From positions 104,348,001 to 104,412,000 of the forward strand of contig NC_058373.1 of assembly GCF_018350175.1 (NCBI RefSeq): a stretch of 64,000 nt of DNA. The letters run 5' to 3'. The notes beneath the pieces were generated by a model, which worked only from the letters and a program-made list of their open reading frames with translations, did no database searches and was not told the DNA's origin. The first letter of the stretch is position 1. Each line of letters starts with the position of its first letter. Below, one piece after another: positions 1 through 13,560 of the stretch. Position numbers and translations under genes: made by a program. The DNA is from Felis catus. Lineage: Eukaryota.

Positions 1-421
1 CTCTGGGCCACAGCAGTTTCTGGTGTGATCTTTGGCAAGATTGGCCCAAGGGTCTTATAGCTTCTGGCTAGTTCAAGGATTTCCTGGGCTGTTCTGGCCG
101 TACCATATCTTGCCTTTTTCTTTTTTCCCTTTTCTCTTACTTTCAAACAGAAGAGCACAAACTCCTGCTTGGAGCAAATAATTACACCTGAGAAAAAGAG
201 ATGCCTAAGGAGCTATGTCTTTTAAGAGGGAACTTATATTACTATGTGTAGGTTTGTTGGGCTCTCAGTTTAAATCTGAATTTTTTCTCACTTAAGATAG
301 TCTGTTGTCTGCGTTCAAGGTAGAACCCAGCATTTGATATTTCTGTGCTTATAAATACGATAATTTAGGTATCCTTAAGAAACTAAATTTTCCTTCATTA
401 ATACTCAGATCTATATTCTAG

Positions 422-477
422 GTACTAACTTGGTTAAGAAAGCTATATATGCCATGGTTGAAGGAGACTGTGATGAG
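422..477 (+). CDS. NAA30: NAA30 (NatC catalytic subunit) penultimate coding exon, 56 bp
   Basis: AG acceptor at 420-421 and GTAAGT donor at 478. Encodes (G)TNLVKKAIYAMVEGDCDE, matching the NAA30/Mak3 GNAT domain, and splices in frame to the exon at 10104. Confidence 0.96.
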
Positions 478-3241
478 GTAAGTCTTTCTAAATGTTTAAA
501 ACCTTTTTTCCTAGTCTGTATTTTATCAGTTTGGTTTTTAAATAAATATCCCACAATAAATTGTATTGCAAATTTCATTGCAAACTATTATTATAACATT
601 GTAGCTTGTGGTGAAAAGCACTTGAGTTTTGACCTAGAACAAATTCTAAGATGATAATGGGAGCTAAAATTTGTTTTTTGTCAAAACATAAAGGTGAAAT
701 CTTAGACATTTTCAGTAAATAATTGGTATTCAGGGGAATTGGTATTCAGAGGATTTGTTATCAGTTAAGTCATTTAAGGTGGCTCTTATTACATATCTTA
801 CTGTAATTTCCTTACATATCGGCCTTAGTTTCTCTCTAAATAACTTTTTTTTTGTTTAATCTATGGGCCAACTGTCAGTTCATATGAAAGACATTTCATG
901 CTTGAAAAAAAAAAATCAGCATTAGCTAATGATAAGGCTAAGGAGAAAAAAAGACAACCACTTTTAAAATTAGACCTGTCTATGTTTCAACCTAAGAGCA
1001 TCTTTTCTGTTTAGCTTGTTTGTACAGCCTAACCACAGGTATAAATTTTTTGGTATCCTACAGCACTGTGCCATACACATGGTGAGTGCTCCATAACTAA
1101 TGGTGATGGTTGGGAATGTTACAATTTACTGTTTCAGGTGGAAGAGAGTAAGTATAAACTAGAGAAGTGTAGATGTTTTTAATATAGCAATGGTGACTAT
1201 GAAGGAACAAAGTTGTATGATGCTAGTAACTTTATGAACGTTACAAGGGACAGTTGTCTTTGTTATTAGAGGGCAACTATGCCTTAGAGAGTTCTCAAAA
1301 TACTTGAAATTAGGTAATTTTTCCTCAAAAGTTTGTAACTTGTTTTGATAATTTTTTAAGGTGGGTTTTTTTTCTGTACAAAATTTATACACACTCATTA
1401 ACCATTATATGTATGTGTATATTTGGGGGTGCAAAGTCCCTTCTTTCACTGTCCTCACACTCTTCAATGCTTTGTTCTTCTTTCCACTTATAGCTACTGT
1501 TAATCTTTAAATATGTATCCTCACATTCTAAGCACACATCTTAGCTGTGTAATAGTTTTTCTTTATACAAACGAAACCATAATTATTATTCTGCAATAAT
1601 TTACTTTTTTCATTTAACAGTATCTCGGGAACATGTTTCCATGTCAGAATACAGAGATTTACCCTAGACTATTCTCATGCTCCTTGTTCACATTAGTTTG
1701 TATTCCGACAGGCCACACTAAATAATGGTTGTATGAGTAGGCCTACAGATACATTGGGTAGCACGGAGGAAGTCATCCTGAGATATCAGGGCATTCAGTG
1801 TTATTTCAAATAAGCTAATTCACATACACTGGAGGATCTCATATAATTCACAGCTATTAATATCAAGAAGTAAAAGATGCAGTGACCCTGACCATTTTAA
1901 TGTAACTAAAATTTGCAGAAAAGGATTGGACTGCATATGTTGATCTGTTTGGACCATAGTCACACTGGTGTAGCTCATCAGGAAGAGAAGTCAAGCTTCA
2001 TAAAAGTTGCTGAAGAATTTGGAAAAATCTTTGGGTTGATAAGACCATGTTTTGATCCTCTACTCCTGAATAGAGTGGTTTCCAGTGAGCAGGGATGTTA
2101 TGAACAAGGAGTATTACGTTCCTTATAGCTATGCGTTTTGTGAGTTATCCTAGTCACTACCTGCGAGACAGGGTGTGTGCCTTACCTTAACTGAGCAAAT
2201 GTTTAAATGGTATTGGTTTTTCTTTGAAAGTTCTGGGGAATGATACGGAGATTTGGGTTATATTGTTTTAGTCTCAAAGTTAGGTCCTAAATTAGTGATA
2301 CGTTTTATGGTAGAAATACTCTTTTCATTGTGGGCCTAAAGATCTTGTTCTGCATTTTCTTTTGAAGCAATGAGTTTTACTTAATATTAATCTGAAACGG
2401 AGATAGTTCCATGAACTTACGTTTTTGCAGTTTGAATTACTCTGCCTTTGAATTAAAGAACTCTTCCATGTTTTTTGTTTTGTTTTGTTTTGTTTTTAAC
2501 TCTTCCATGTTTTAAACAAAATTTAGTGTGTCCCATATTGTTCAGATAAAGGATTTGCTCTATGCAGGGTTAGAATTTTGTTTACTCCTTATAAGGCTTT
2601 CACTCTCCCTTTCATTGAGTTTTAAACTATATAAGCAACAATTCTATCCCCCTCTCTCTTCTAATTCTTGATAATTTGTGTTTGTTGGTTCCACTTCCTT
2701 TTATTACCATTTCATCCCCTTTGGTTTGGTGTCTTCCCCCTCCAATCCATTGTAACTACTTTCTCACTGATGTGTTTGCTAGGCCTAGTAGCTTTTTGGC
2801 CCTCCTACTTGTTAAACTACTTCTCAGTTTTAAGACCCAATACAATAACAATTTTTTAAAGTTTTCCTTAATCCTTCTGGACAGAATCAATTGTGTAGTT
2901 TCTGTGGTTTTCTTAACGTTTCTTTTTGTAAAATTTACTTCACTGAAATTTACTTGTTCAGAGTCTGCCTTAGCCACTGTGGAGAGCAGAGATGCCTTTT
3001 CTTGTTTACTGCTGTATTCTTAGTACTTAGTGTGGCATTTGCGATAGAGTATGATGGTTGACCAGTTAGTTCTGTGCCACCAGCATCTTATCTGTACCTC
3101 CTTTTTTTTTTAATGTACTTGTGAATTTCGACTTGCATAATTGTAAACTTGTCTTTCTCTTTGAGCTTTCTATAAGCTTTCTGGGAAGAGCAGTTATCTT
3201 ATTTTTGTACATAGTAAAATTTTTTGAAGTATCTACAGGGA

Positions 3242-3460
3242 GGGGTGCCTGGGTGTCTCAGTCGGTTTGGTGTTTGGCTTCGGCTCAGGTCATGATCTCA
3301 CGGTTCATGAGTTCAAGCCCCGCATTGGGCTCTGTGCTGACAGCTCAGAGGCTTGAGCCTGCTTCGGATTCTGTGTCTCCCTCTTTCTCTGCCCCTTGCC
3401 CACTCTCACTCTGTCTTCTCTCTCTCTCAAAAATAAATAAACATTAAAAATTAAAAAAAA
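3242..3460 (+). mobile_element. Can-SINE (SINEC)
   Basis: GGGGTGCCTGGGTG head, (CT)n tract, A tail; flanking tatctacag repeat. Confidence 0.92.
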
Positions 3461-4366
3461 ATTATCTACAGCATTATTAGTTAAAATACCTTTTGGTAAA
3501 AAAAAAAAATTGCACATAAAAACAGTCATATATGATTCATTGTTCTGAGGAAAACTGAAATTTTAATTCTCTAAGGATGCACTGACCAATTTTGAAATAA
3601 CCAACATGTAATTTTACTTTTATTAAGTTAGGCCAACCTTCCTTTCTTTAAAAGTGTTAAGGAGTTTTGACAAATTATCAGAAATACATTTGAAAAGGGA
3701 TTTAAATTACATTTTCTACTACTTAGGTTGTACTGTTTTTTTTTTTTTTATTTATTCTTATAAAGATAGAAATGTTTAAATCTATGCACCTGTAAAGAGA
3801 GTGACATTTGGAAATCTCTGTGAAGCCTTACCATGCACATCCAGTCAATTTTTACTTTCTTTTCTATTTGTAGAATTTGTGACCTTGAGCTGAGTTTATA
3901 TTGCTCTTGGTTGCTCTTGTCATTTTTAAAATAATTTCACAGCATATTAAACCAAAATTAGTAATCACAGAGTTGAAATGTAGATCATGTTTTTGTTCAA
4001 ATAATAATGAAAGACTCTCCTGATCTAATAGATGTTTTCACTTTGCCTTACTATGACTTTCCTAACTTTTTATGTCAGAATTAGACATGTTAAAACAGCA
4101 TAACTAAAAGATGTTTTTCATTTTCTGTATATTTGGAGCTGTCTAAAAAATTATAGCATTAAAAAAAGAAACAAGGGGATTTGTTGCTTCATGAATGAGA
4201 ATGCATTACCCATATTACTGATCTGGCTTGAATTTGGTTACACCCACACATGCTCTTGCTGCCATACTGGTGGCTACTAGGACAAGCATCTTGGCTTTGT
4301 GTATTACATTAGGGGAAATAGTAAGAAAAATACACACAAATAGCATGAATGAGTTTTCTAGGATGT

Positions 4367-4594
4367 CTGTCTGTATGTGTGTATGTATGTATGTTTGTAT
4401 GTATTTATTTATTTATTTAGAGAGCACTTGCATGCACGCATGGAGAGGCAGAAGGATAGGGGGAGAGAGAGTCCTAAGCAGGCTCCACATCCAGCATAGA
4501 CCTCAATGTGGGGTTCCTTCTCACGACTGAGATCGTGGCCTGAGCTGAAATCAGTCAGACAGATGCTTAACCGACTGAGCCGCTCAGGCACCCC
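4367..4594 (-). mobile_element. Can-SINE with a (TATG)/(TTTA) microsatellite in its tail
   Basis: Ends caggcacccc; degenerate TSD ctag(g/a)atgt. Confidence 0.88.
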
Positions 4595-4899
4595 TAGAAT
4601 GTTATTTTTAAAGTAGGATTCGTATATCTAAAATAACCCACACAGTGACTGTTTACTTTTGTGTGCTTTTTTCCTGAAATAAATTAGAATGGGGTGATTG
4701 GTCAGCATGATGAACAGTGCTTTACCTTTAATCTATAGATGTCCTTTTGAAGTCTTCATCTCTGGGAATTTAAATTTCAGAAATTTTTTTTAGATTTAAA
4801 GTATGATTGCTGTGATGTCAATACTCAGAATTAACTCCTGTATGATGAGAATACACCACATTTCTTAATTGAGTTTAAATGTGCTCTATGTGCTCTATT

Positions 4900-5365
4900 T
4901 TTAGTTGACCAGCATCTTCCCATTTCCTCTGGGATCCACCATTCTACTTCCTGCTTTTATGAGTTTATTTTAGTTTCTACATATAAGTGATATCATGCAG
5001 TATTTGTCTATGTCTGATATGTTTCACTTAGCATTATGTCCTCCAGGTTCATCCATGTTGCCACAATGGTAGGATTTCTTTAAGGCTGAAAAATATTCCA
5101 TTGTTTGTATATGCTCCTTTTCTTTATCCATTCATTTGTTGACAGACATTGGACATATAGGTTATTTCTGTATTTTGGCTGTTGTGATAAACATGGGAGT
5201 ATCTATTTGATACTAAGTACCTATTCGAGGTCCTGATTTTGATTCCTTTGGATATATACCCAGAAGTGGGATTGCTGGATCACATAGTAGTTCTATTTTT
5301 AATTTTTTGAGGAACCTCCGTACTGTTCCATGATGGCTGTACCAATTTACATTCCTACCAACAGT
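4900..5365 (-). mobile_element. Old L1 (L1MA-like) 3' fragment
   Basis: Antisense L1 motifs tttcacttagcat...ccaggttcatccatgttg...gaagtgggattgctggatca...gaggaacctcc. Confidence 0.85.
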
Positions 5366-5654
5366 GGTCTAATTTAGCATGACCAGTAATAAATCTGTTA
5401 CATAGTAACAAAATACATATGGTATTTAGTTATGTACAAATACATATCAGGTATTTTTATTATTTTTTGATAATGTACGAAGGTGACTTTTAAGCTTTCT
5501 ATGTTTAACAATTATATGTTGAACATTTTTAGTTTCGCTGGAAACCTATTTTGGCTATCAAACAGAGGCTGCTAGGTAAAGAACAGAGTAAAACGGAGTT
5601 ATTGAAACTATCAGGATTTTTTGATCGAGTAGTCTGTCCTAATTAAAGAACTGG

Positions 5655-5800
5655 GTATGAGAATCCTGGGTTCTAGATTCATCTTCTGTCACTTAGTAGT
5701 TGTGTGATTGTAGGCAAGTCATTTAACTTTTTATAGTCTTTCTCTTTGTGTATGCAATGTGGTAGTAATTCTGATCTTAAAGGAATGTTATGAAGAACAA
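5655..5800 (+). mobile_element. MIR fragment
   Basis: Core-like cctgggttct...tgtgtgattgtaggcaagtcatttaac. Confidence 0.55.
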
Positions 5801-7090
5801 TAAAGTTTATTCAGCAGTGTCAGTATAAAGTCTATGAAGTGCCAGATGATAAGCTAGTGTTTAGGTTCTAACAGTGAACAGCTTGCCCTCCCTCCAGCAG
5901 TTCCAGCCTAAAATATTAAAAAAGGCTTTCTAAACTGTAATAGTTTGGCTTGTCCTGACAGTGGTTTGTTGCTAAGAGAATCCGTGGAACTTCACTGTAA
6001 TCTTTTTTTTCTGTTAAGTAGAATTCAACTTTGCCAAGTTTCTTTGGGACCAAAATAACCTCATTATCCTTTGGCTTCCTATGTAATACTCCCATGATGT
6101 GGACTAAACGAATAGTTTCATACTGAGTTTTCATTGTAAACCCAGATTCTCTTTTAATTTAAGAGAATTTAAGTGATTAAATATTAAAAAGTTACTTTTT
6201 TCTGACATTTCCTATTTTGTCAGATGATCTCTTTATTGCCAGAATGTGAGTGTACCGAGACTATCTTTTGGTTTTAAATAAGGTCAGCCCTTTGTATAAT
6301 TCCATGTCTGTGTAATTGGGCTGTATTTCACTCATCTGCTAGGATGCCAACAAAGGCGAATTCAACTCTTTACCACACCTCAAGTGTGTATTTATGTAGC
6401 CATAATTAGCCTCAGATGTGTCTTAATATTTTCAGTTGCCAAATACTAATGAACATGGACTTAAGTCCCCTTCATTGTGTCATAAGTAGGTTAGATCTCC
6501 CATTGCCGCTTTGGTTTACTCTGGGGAAAGAATCAGGGGGAGGCACAGGAGAGTGGATATTAATAAGGTCTAGTTCAGATATGGAGTCTGGTCTGTTTTT
6601 GCACTACTGGTGGCCTTGAGTTTCATTCATTTGTTAATTGGAGAAAAATCATATCTGTTTCATAGGATATTTATGAAAATAACATCACAAATGGATATAA
6701 AATGACAATGCATATAAATGCTTTACATAGCATTTAGTAAGCCATCAGTAAATATTAGCTTAAAAAAAAACAAACCTGTCACTCCTTTTTCTGTGAAATC
6801 AAGTTCCAAGTTTTGAGTTGTACTTTTATTGCTTCACATATTGTTTTGATGTAACATTTTAGCTGTAATTAGGTGGTGGCCTAAAACAGAGTTCTAGGAG
6901 TTACCCAAGAGATTTGTTCAAAATTGAAAACCTGTATTGATCAGACTGGACTGTCCCAGACTGGAAGATGGTATACATTACTAAAAAATAAATTTCCATA
7001 TTTTTAAGAGTAGAGAAAAATTCTTGACTTTTATTCTTATCTTAAACGAGCTTGTTTGCTGTACAACATTTCTTTAAATGTTCTTCCTAG

Positions 7091-7255
7091 GGGGGTGCCT
7101 GGGTGGCTCAGTCAGCTAAGCGTCTGACTCTTGATTTTGGCTTAGGTCATGATCTCAAAATTTGTGAGATCAACCCTGCATTGGGTTCTGTGCTGACAGT
7201 GCACAGAACTGTCTGTCTGTCTATCTCTCTTTCAGAATAAACTTAAAAAGAAATA
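7091..7255 (+). mobile_element. Can-SINE (internally deleted)
   Basis: SINE head; TSD aaatgttc(c)ttcctag on both sides. Confidence 0.88.
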
Positions 7256-7882
7256 AGACAAATGTTCCTTCCTAGGAACATTTTCTCTTTATCCTGAATT
7301 ATTAATTACCTGTTTTTAGATCTTTTAAAATTTAAGATTTAGCATGTGATTTGCTCAGTTGCTTTAAGATGATGCTTTCTCTTTAAGTCCTTTGGTCATT
7401 TAAAAATTTAATAATACTTTTGTTTAATATTTAAGTAATGTGTGTAATATAATGAAAGGTGCTAAGGATGCATATAATTAACATATCTGAGAGCCTTCTA
7501 TTTGTCAGGCAGTGTTAGGTATACAGGAAATGGCTGTGAAGGAGGTATACATGATCCTGCCCTTGTTGGGCTCATCAGCTAGGAGAGATGACATGGTCAT
7601 CAAATGTTGAATGAAGTCAGCGGGGTAGTATAAAAAGAAAGGGATAATCCATCCAGTCTGGAAGTAACAAGCTAAGGCCAAAAGCAAAGAGGACAGGAAG
7701 AGCATCCTTCCAGACAGAAAACAATTTATGTGAAAGATCTAAGGTGGGAAAGATCAAGGTGGGTTCCAGAAACTGAAAGTTTAGTGTTGATCATGGAGAA
7801 CCAGGGGGTAGACCTAAAGCAAAGTTGGTGAGGTAGGTAGATGCCATAATTTGAGGGCTTTTTAAGTTTGTTTAGATTATCT

Positions 7883-8189
7883 TTATTTATTTTTTAAACT
7901 TTTTTTTAAGTTTATTTATTTTGAAAGAGAGAAAGAGTGTGGGAGGGGCAAAGAGAGGGGGGGAGAGAAAGAATCCCAAGCAGGCTCAGCACAGAGCCTG
8001 ATGTGGGTTCAGTCTCATGAATTGTGAAATCACAATTTCACATGATCATGACTGTCAATGACTGACATGTCTGATCATGGCTGTCAATGTGGAGCCTGAT
8101 GCGGGGCTCTGTCTCACAAACCATGAGATAATGACTTGAGCTGAAATCAAGAGTCGGATGCTTAACTGACTGAGCTATCCAGGTGCCCC
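7883..8189 (-). mobile_element. Can-SINE with internal duplication
   Basis: TSD tagattatct at 7873-7882 and 8190-8199. Confidence 0.88.
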
Positions 8190-8999
8190 TAGATTATCTA
8201 TAATTTGTGAACTTTATCTTGAGGACAAAAGAGAGTCAGTAAGTGGTTCTAAACAGAGGTTAACAAGAACATCATTCTACTTAAAGAAAATGGGAGACTT
8301 TTTGAGTTAGGAGTATCTTGTAATTACAGTGAAAGTTGATGCCAGCTTGGACTACAGTGGTATGAGTAGGGATAGAAGGAAAAGAGGTTATTTGAGAGAT
8401 TTAAGAGAGAAGAGAAATAGTGGTTGGATGTATATGGGGGGGGGGGCGGGTAGAGAGGAAAGAAGCTCAATAGTGACTCCTAGGTTTTCAGGTTTGAGGC
8501 ATTGTTACTGACATGTGGAATTGAGGAGGAGTTGATCATGAGTTCAGTTTTGGATATGATGAAGTACATTTTCTTCTCTATTATTTACATCTACTTGAAT
8601 AGTTGTCAAATGTTTTGGTAGCTTGAGATAGAAAGTGACTCATAGGCTTCACTTGGACCCTTGTTTAATTATACTTTGCCCTTTTGTCTCATTTCAAACA
8701 CCTGAGGGTTATGACATCCCAACAGTAACTGTGGCTCACTTTGTTGACAATTCTCAATGAGGTAGGTTGAGAATCAATAGAAAGGCAAATAGAGCTGTGT
8801 ATATAAAAGGTAGGAGGATGGGATAGAGGATGTTTGGGTAGAGGAAGGTAGAAATAAATTAATAATAATAATAAAAGAAAATCACACAATGTTCAAAAAG
8901 TGTCAGTTCTTCATTGTCAGGGCCATTGTTCAGTAATACTAAAAACAACTCAGAAATTAATATTTTATGTGTTCTTCTGTTCAGTGTTGATGTCCATAA

Positions 9000-9380
9000 T
9001 GTATAGTCCATGGTTTCAGACTGTTTTCCAACTAGCATCATCAGCATCAATTGGCATTTTTTTTTTTTAATTTTTTTTTTTTCAACGTTTATTTATTTTT
9101 GGGACAGAGAGAGACACAGCATGAACGGGGGAGGGGCAGAGAGAGAGGGAGACACAGAATCGCAAACAGGCTCCAGGCTCTGAGCCATCAGCCCAGAGCC
9201 CGACGCGGGGCTCGAACTCCCGGACCGCGAGATCGTGACCTGGCTGAAGTCGGACGCTTAACCGACTGCGCCACCCAGGCGCCCCGGCATTTTTTTTTTT
9301 AAATATAAATTCTTGGGCCCCACCCCAGATCTACTCAGAAACTCCAGAGGAGGGTGTCTGCAATCCAGTTAACTAATGTT
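9000..9380. mobile_element. MER5-like hAT-Charlie element interrupted by a SINE
   Basis: agcatcatcagcatca...aaattcttgggccccaccccagatctactcagaaactc motifs. Confidence 0.65.
9071..9285 (-). mobile_element. Young SINEC_Fc
   Basis: Near-consensus with CpGs retained; TSD ggcattttttttt...aa at 9053 and 9286. Confidence 0.95.
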
Positions 9381-9396
9381 TGGGTATCTTTGGTCT

Positions 9397-9615
9397 AGGA
9401 TTGGCAGACTTTCTCTGCAAAGAGCCTAATGGGTAAATATTTTAGACTTTGCAGACTATAGATCTCTGTTGCAACTGTTCAACTCTGCCTTGTATTGAAA
9501 AAGGAGTCATGGACATCATGTAAACAAATGGCCATGGTTGTGTTCCAATAAAGCTTTATTGACAGAAACAAGCAATAGACACATTTGGCTCCAGGGCCAT
9601 AATTTGCAGATTCCG
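9397..9615 (+). mobile_element. MER58-like hAT-Charlie element
   Basis: gtaaatattttagactttgcag...ctctgttgcaact...tgtgttccaataaagctttatt. Confidence 0.75.
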
Positions 9616-10103
9616 GTCTAGATTCTAGACAAATAGGGTAGTTGTTGACAGGATAAATGACGACAAATTAATGAAAATATAGGAGTAAGGAGTTGGAGGT
9701 CAAATTGTATTTTCTTAAAGTTTGTATTGTTGATTTTTTTTCTTTTCTTCATCTTTTTGTCACACTACTTTTCTCCACGGGGAAATAATTCATCTTTGTT
9801 TTAGTATAAAATGTATATTGTCATTGCTAAAAATTCCAAACATCACAAAAATCAATAGAACAGAAAATGTCCGCATTCCTACCTCCTCTTGCCCCAAGAG
9901 AAAATTACTATTACGATGACCATTTTCTGGGTTCTTTCTTTACATCATTAACATTTATTGTTTTCACCATCAATCTTAAAACCGATATGGAATGTTTTTC
10001 TTAAATATTTGGTGTTTACTTTGTGATTTGTCAACTTAAGAAATTATAAGCTAATTTCAAATATATAAAATTATAACTTAGTTTTCTCATATTTTTTTTG
10101 AAG

Positions 10104-10241
10104 GTTGTTTTGGAAACAGAAATAACGAATAAGTCTGCTTTGAAACTTTATGAAAATCTTGGTTTTGTTCGAGATAAGAGGCTGTTCAGATACTATTTAA
10201 ATGGAGTTGATGCACTGCGACTTAAATTGTGGCTGCGTTGA
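10104..10241 (+). CDS. NAA30: NAA30 terminal coding exon
   Basis: Translates [45 protein letters not shown], the NAA30 C-terminus; TGA at 10239-10241. Not listed in the ORF track. Confidence 0.97.
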   Translation, partial: VVLETEITNKSALKLYENLGFVRDKRLFRYYLNGVDALRLKLWLR

Positions 10242-11818
10242 GAAACTGATACCAAGGAACAACTTTCCAACCACACAGAATCGACCTTTGCATGCAATGC
10301 AATTTGTACAGAATTGCTTTGCAGGTGGATTTAGTAATTTCCATGCAGCTCTTACCTGTCAGTGTCTCATTGAGTGTCGCACAATATTTGTTGCACTTTG
10401 GCATGGCGCATTTGTTCTGAATTAAAAGAGATTGTTTTACACTTAAAGAGTTCTTTTGGTACCAGCAAGATGTGCCAGTTGATAGCCAAGATTTGTTTGT
10501 TCATTTGCAAAGTCTGCTGACAATGTTATTTACACAGTGATCATTTTGTCACAGAACCAGTAAGTGGAACATGATTTTTGTTCCTAAAAAAGCCAATGTA
10601 GATTGTAAAAATCTCTAAGTATACTAACATTTCACATGAAACCTGCCATAGTTTTCTGAAGGGGGTGGGGGAAAAGCTTCAATTTTAGGTTTTATTTTTT
10701 CAATATTAAATTTTCCATTCTTGGATATTGGTACCTCAGTGATTAGTGAATGAAAAAAAATGTTATGTAGGGTTGGGTGTGTCTTACAATGAGTAAAGAT
10801 AACAATTAAATTGCGTCTGCCAGTGCCTGTGTAGATAAGTATATTTGTCTTCATCTCTAGTTTTTGAATGCATGCTCTCTTTTCCTTTTCTTTCAGGCCT
10901 TTGCAAGCAAACTTTTGTTTTTATTTAAATTCTAAATTTGATAATAAATTATTTCAGATTTTTATAATTTGGATACTTTTTTCCAGGTGAGTGACAGAGT
11001 GTTTTACTGTAAAGTCCCTTCTTTCCTTACAGTAAGAAGTTGAATCTACTTGGAAAATCTTTGAGAAATGACTCAAAAGGGATGAGAAAAGTTGATGGAG
11101 CCGGGAATTGCTGGGTTTTGGATGCACTTTTTTTTTTTTTTTTTTTTTTGAGAGTGAGGGAATTTTTGGAAAAGAATAGAAAATTAATGTAAATCGGTAT
11201 GATTTTATTTAATCAAAATTATTGCTAAGCTGTGAAGAACAGCTTTTACAAAGTAGCTGCAACTTTTTTCCCACTTAATTTGGATTCACATTGCTTCCAT
11301 TTCTTAAATTGTTTCACTTTTGGTTCTTGGTCTTGGAAATAAATTTGAAGGTTCATTGTATCCATTTTAAACTGATTTTATTTTCTTTTCACTTATTTAA
11401 GCAAATTCTTGGGGAAGCTTTGCTTAGTTTCCAGAAAAACAAAAGGGAAAATTGGAATATTTTTTTGGAGTGAGTTTTATGGGTTTTCTTAATAGTTATC
11501 ACCATGTTCAGTTACATTGTATTTTGGTCAATCTGTGCAGTGTAACAAATTTATAAGTTAATTGCTTTCAACTGAGTCAGGAAACCTGTGATGGATAATT
11601 TAACTGGAAAACCTAGGTACCCATAAAAAAAAAAAAAAGATTGATTCTCTGTGAAAAATGTTTTGTAGGAATCTATGTTGTTTTTTCTTTAATTTGGATA
11701 TGCTTTACTTCTGTTCTAGGATTTGGTTTGAATTTTATTTTATGGCTATAATTACTGTATTTTTAAAAACCCTACCTCCATTAACAGTTGGTAAAAGCCC
11801 CCTTTCAGGAAAGTTTGT

Positions 11819-11822
<4 letters not shown>

Positions 11823-11875
<53 letters not shown>
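11823..11875 (+). repeat. T53 homopolymer in the NAA30 3' UTR
   Basis: Directly counted. Confidence 0.95.
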
Positions 11876-11880
<5 letters not shown>

Positions 11881-13554
11881 GAAAGCTGCTCCTTGCTCAG
11901 TGCAGTGTCTTGAAAGTGAACATGGTAACAAGTATTTTAAAAATAAAGATACACAGATTTGGTGAAAATAAAATCTTCCTGCTGGTGGGATCATTTATAG
12001 TTCCTCATTTTTAAAGTCAACTTTTTCTTTCATTTTATATTGCTCTTGAAAGTTTAATGGGTAGAGTACTGATTGCGTTAAAATATAACGATCACTCAAT
12101 ACTCAGCTTTCCAGCTGACTGTTTTGAGTATGTCTTTGATCAAATGTCATTTGGGCTCTAGCATTTAGAGGAATGCCAATCATAGTGATGCTTCTGTTAT
12201 TTTTGATATGGAGGGAACTGAACTAAAAGAGTTATCAAATTTTATCTCACCACTTTATATTTGACTTGCTGATTCATCAGTAATGATTGTTGATGAACAT
12301 ACATTTGCTTGACTCCCTAATGGGGACGGTTCTAAAGTAGATAGATACATGCTAGATTTTCGTTTCAGCCATTATGTTTTGGCGAGTTGTCAATGAAACC
12401 ATCTCTACTGACCTTTTCTCCCAGAATTGACCAGGTTTCGCTGAACTGACTGGGTGTTTGTAAACGTGACCTTAACCATGTGGCTAAAAAGTCAGATGGT
12501 TGCCGTATTGTTCAGCCTGGTGTATGTTGAACAGAAATGTCTACCTTATGTCTTTAATTGGGTATACAAAAATTGTTTACTTAAGTAGACTAAAATTTTA
12601 ATGTCTAGCATGATAACCCAGCATCAAAACTAAGTCTCCATTCCAGTTGAAGCAGCATCAAACATTCATTTACTTTTTGGTATTGGGCTTTCATCTTTCT
12701 TATATAATCTTAAAACAATCTCATTTAAAACTGATAGCGCGAGTTCACTTGGCTAAAACTGAGCAAGATTGGTGCAACTTTCTTTTAACGGGGTGCTGCC
12801 TCTTAAAGACTGACTGTACTATCCACTGACACTGGTTTGGCAGTTCGTACTGCTGAACATTTTATACATGCTACCATGAAGCTATATATGTTAGTATTGA
12901 AGAAGCTAACGGGTATGCTACCATTTTTTGATGTGTGGACTGATTGTAATTTCCCTTACATTAGGATGAAACTACTCTAGGGGAGTCCACAGATCAGAAA
13001 CCAGACAGTAGTTTTTGAAGTTGAAGCCAACAAAATTAAAAAAGTAAAATTATTAAAAAATTGGTTTTTTACCCTCCCTACTTACTGAGTAAATTGCCCT
13101 CCCTACTTGCTTGACAAATCTGTGTAAAGGAGTTTGTTTGTCACATGTTTTAACTTTACCTTGCCCTGTGTTACAGTATTGGCTGACATGTATAAGACTG
13201 GATGTGTATATTTATTATGGTGTCTAAAAATCATGAAGTTCATCACTTTCCAGGAGCATAGATAAAAGCAAATTGGTAGTGCATCAGAGTTACTTTTCAG
13301 TGCACCATGACATCACTAAAATGAGTGCTATAATGTTACAGGGCTTTCAGGTTTGTAAAAACATAACCATAAATTATATTGACGTCAGATATGAGTTGAG
13401 TATCTATAAAATATCACGTGTATTTCAAAATATTGGACTGCTGTTTGATGACTGGATATTGCTGCATAATTTTCTTCTATTGTCCCATATCCTTTTGGAG
13501 AGAGAGATTTAATGGGATTTGAAATGTGCAAGCTGTCTAAATAAGATGCAGTCA

Positions 13555-13560
13555 AATAAA
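13555..13560 (+). terminator. Candidate proximal poly(A) signal of NAA30
   Basis: AATAAA followed by GT/T-rich sequence (gttggttaagttgtgtttgcatttttctttt). Confidence 0.55.

Larger units (their letters stand above)
478..10103 (+). other. NAA30: Last intron of NAA30 (~9.6 kb)
   Basis: GT..AG boundaries between two in-frame exons; T-rich tract before the AG at 10102-10103. Confidence 0.92.

Noticed and set aside
430..654. 74-aa ORF as a standalone gene
   Set aside because: Only 422-477 is NAA30 exon; the rest reads through the GTAAGT donor into intron.
3242..3320. tRNA genes suggested by A/B-box motifs
   Set aside because: These are tRNA-derived Can-SINE heads followed by CT tracts and A tails.
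9051..9302. Recurrent peptides such as RETQHERGRGRERGRHRI (also 36598, 39428, 55442)
   Set aside because: Antisense translations of Can-SINEs, not a protein family.
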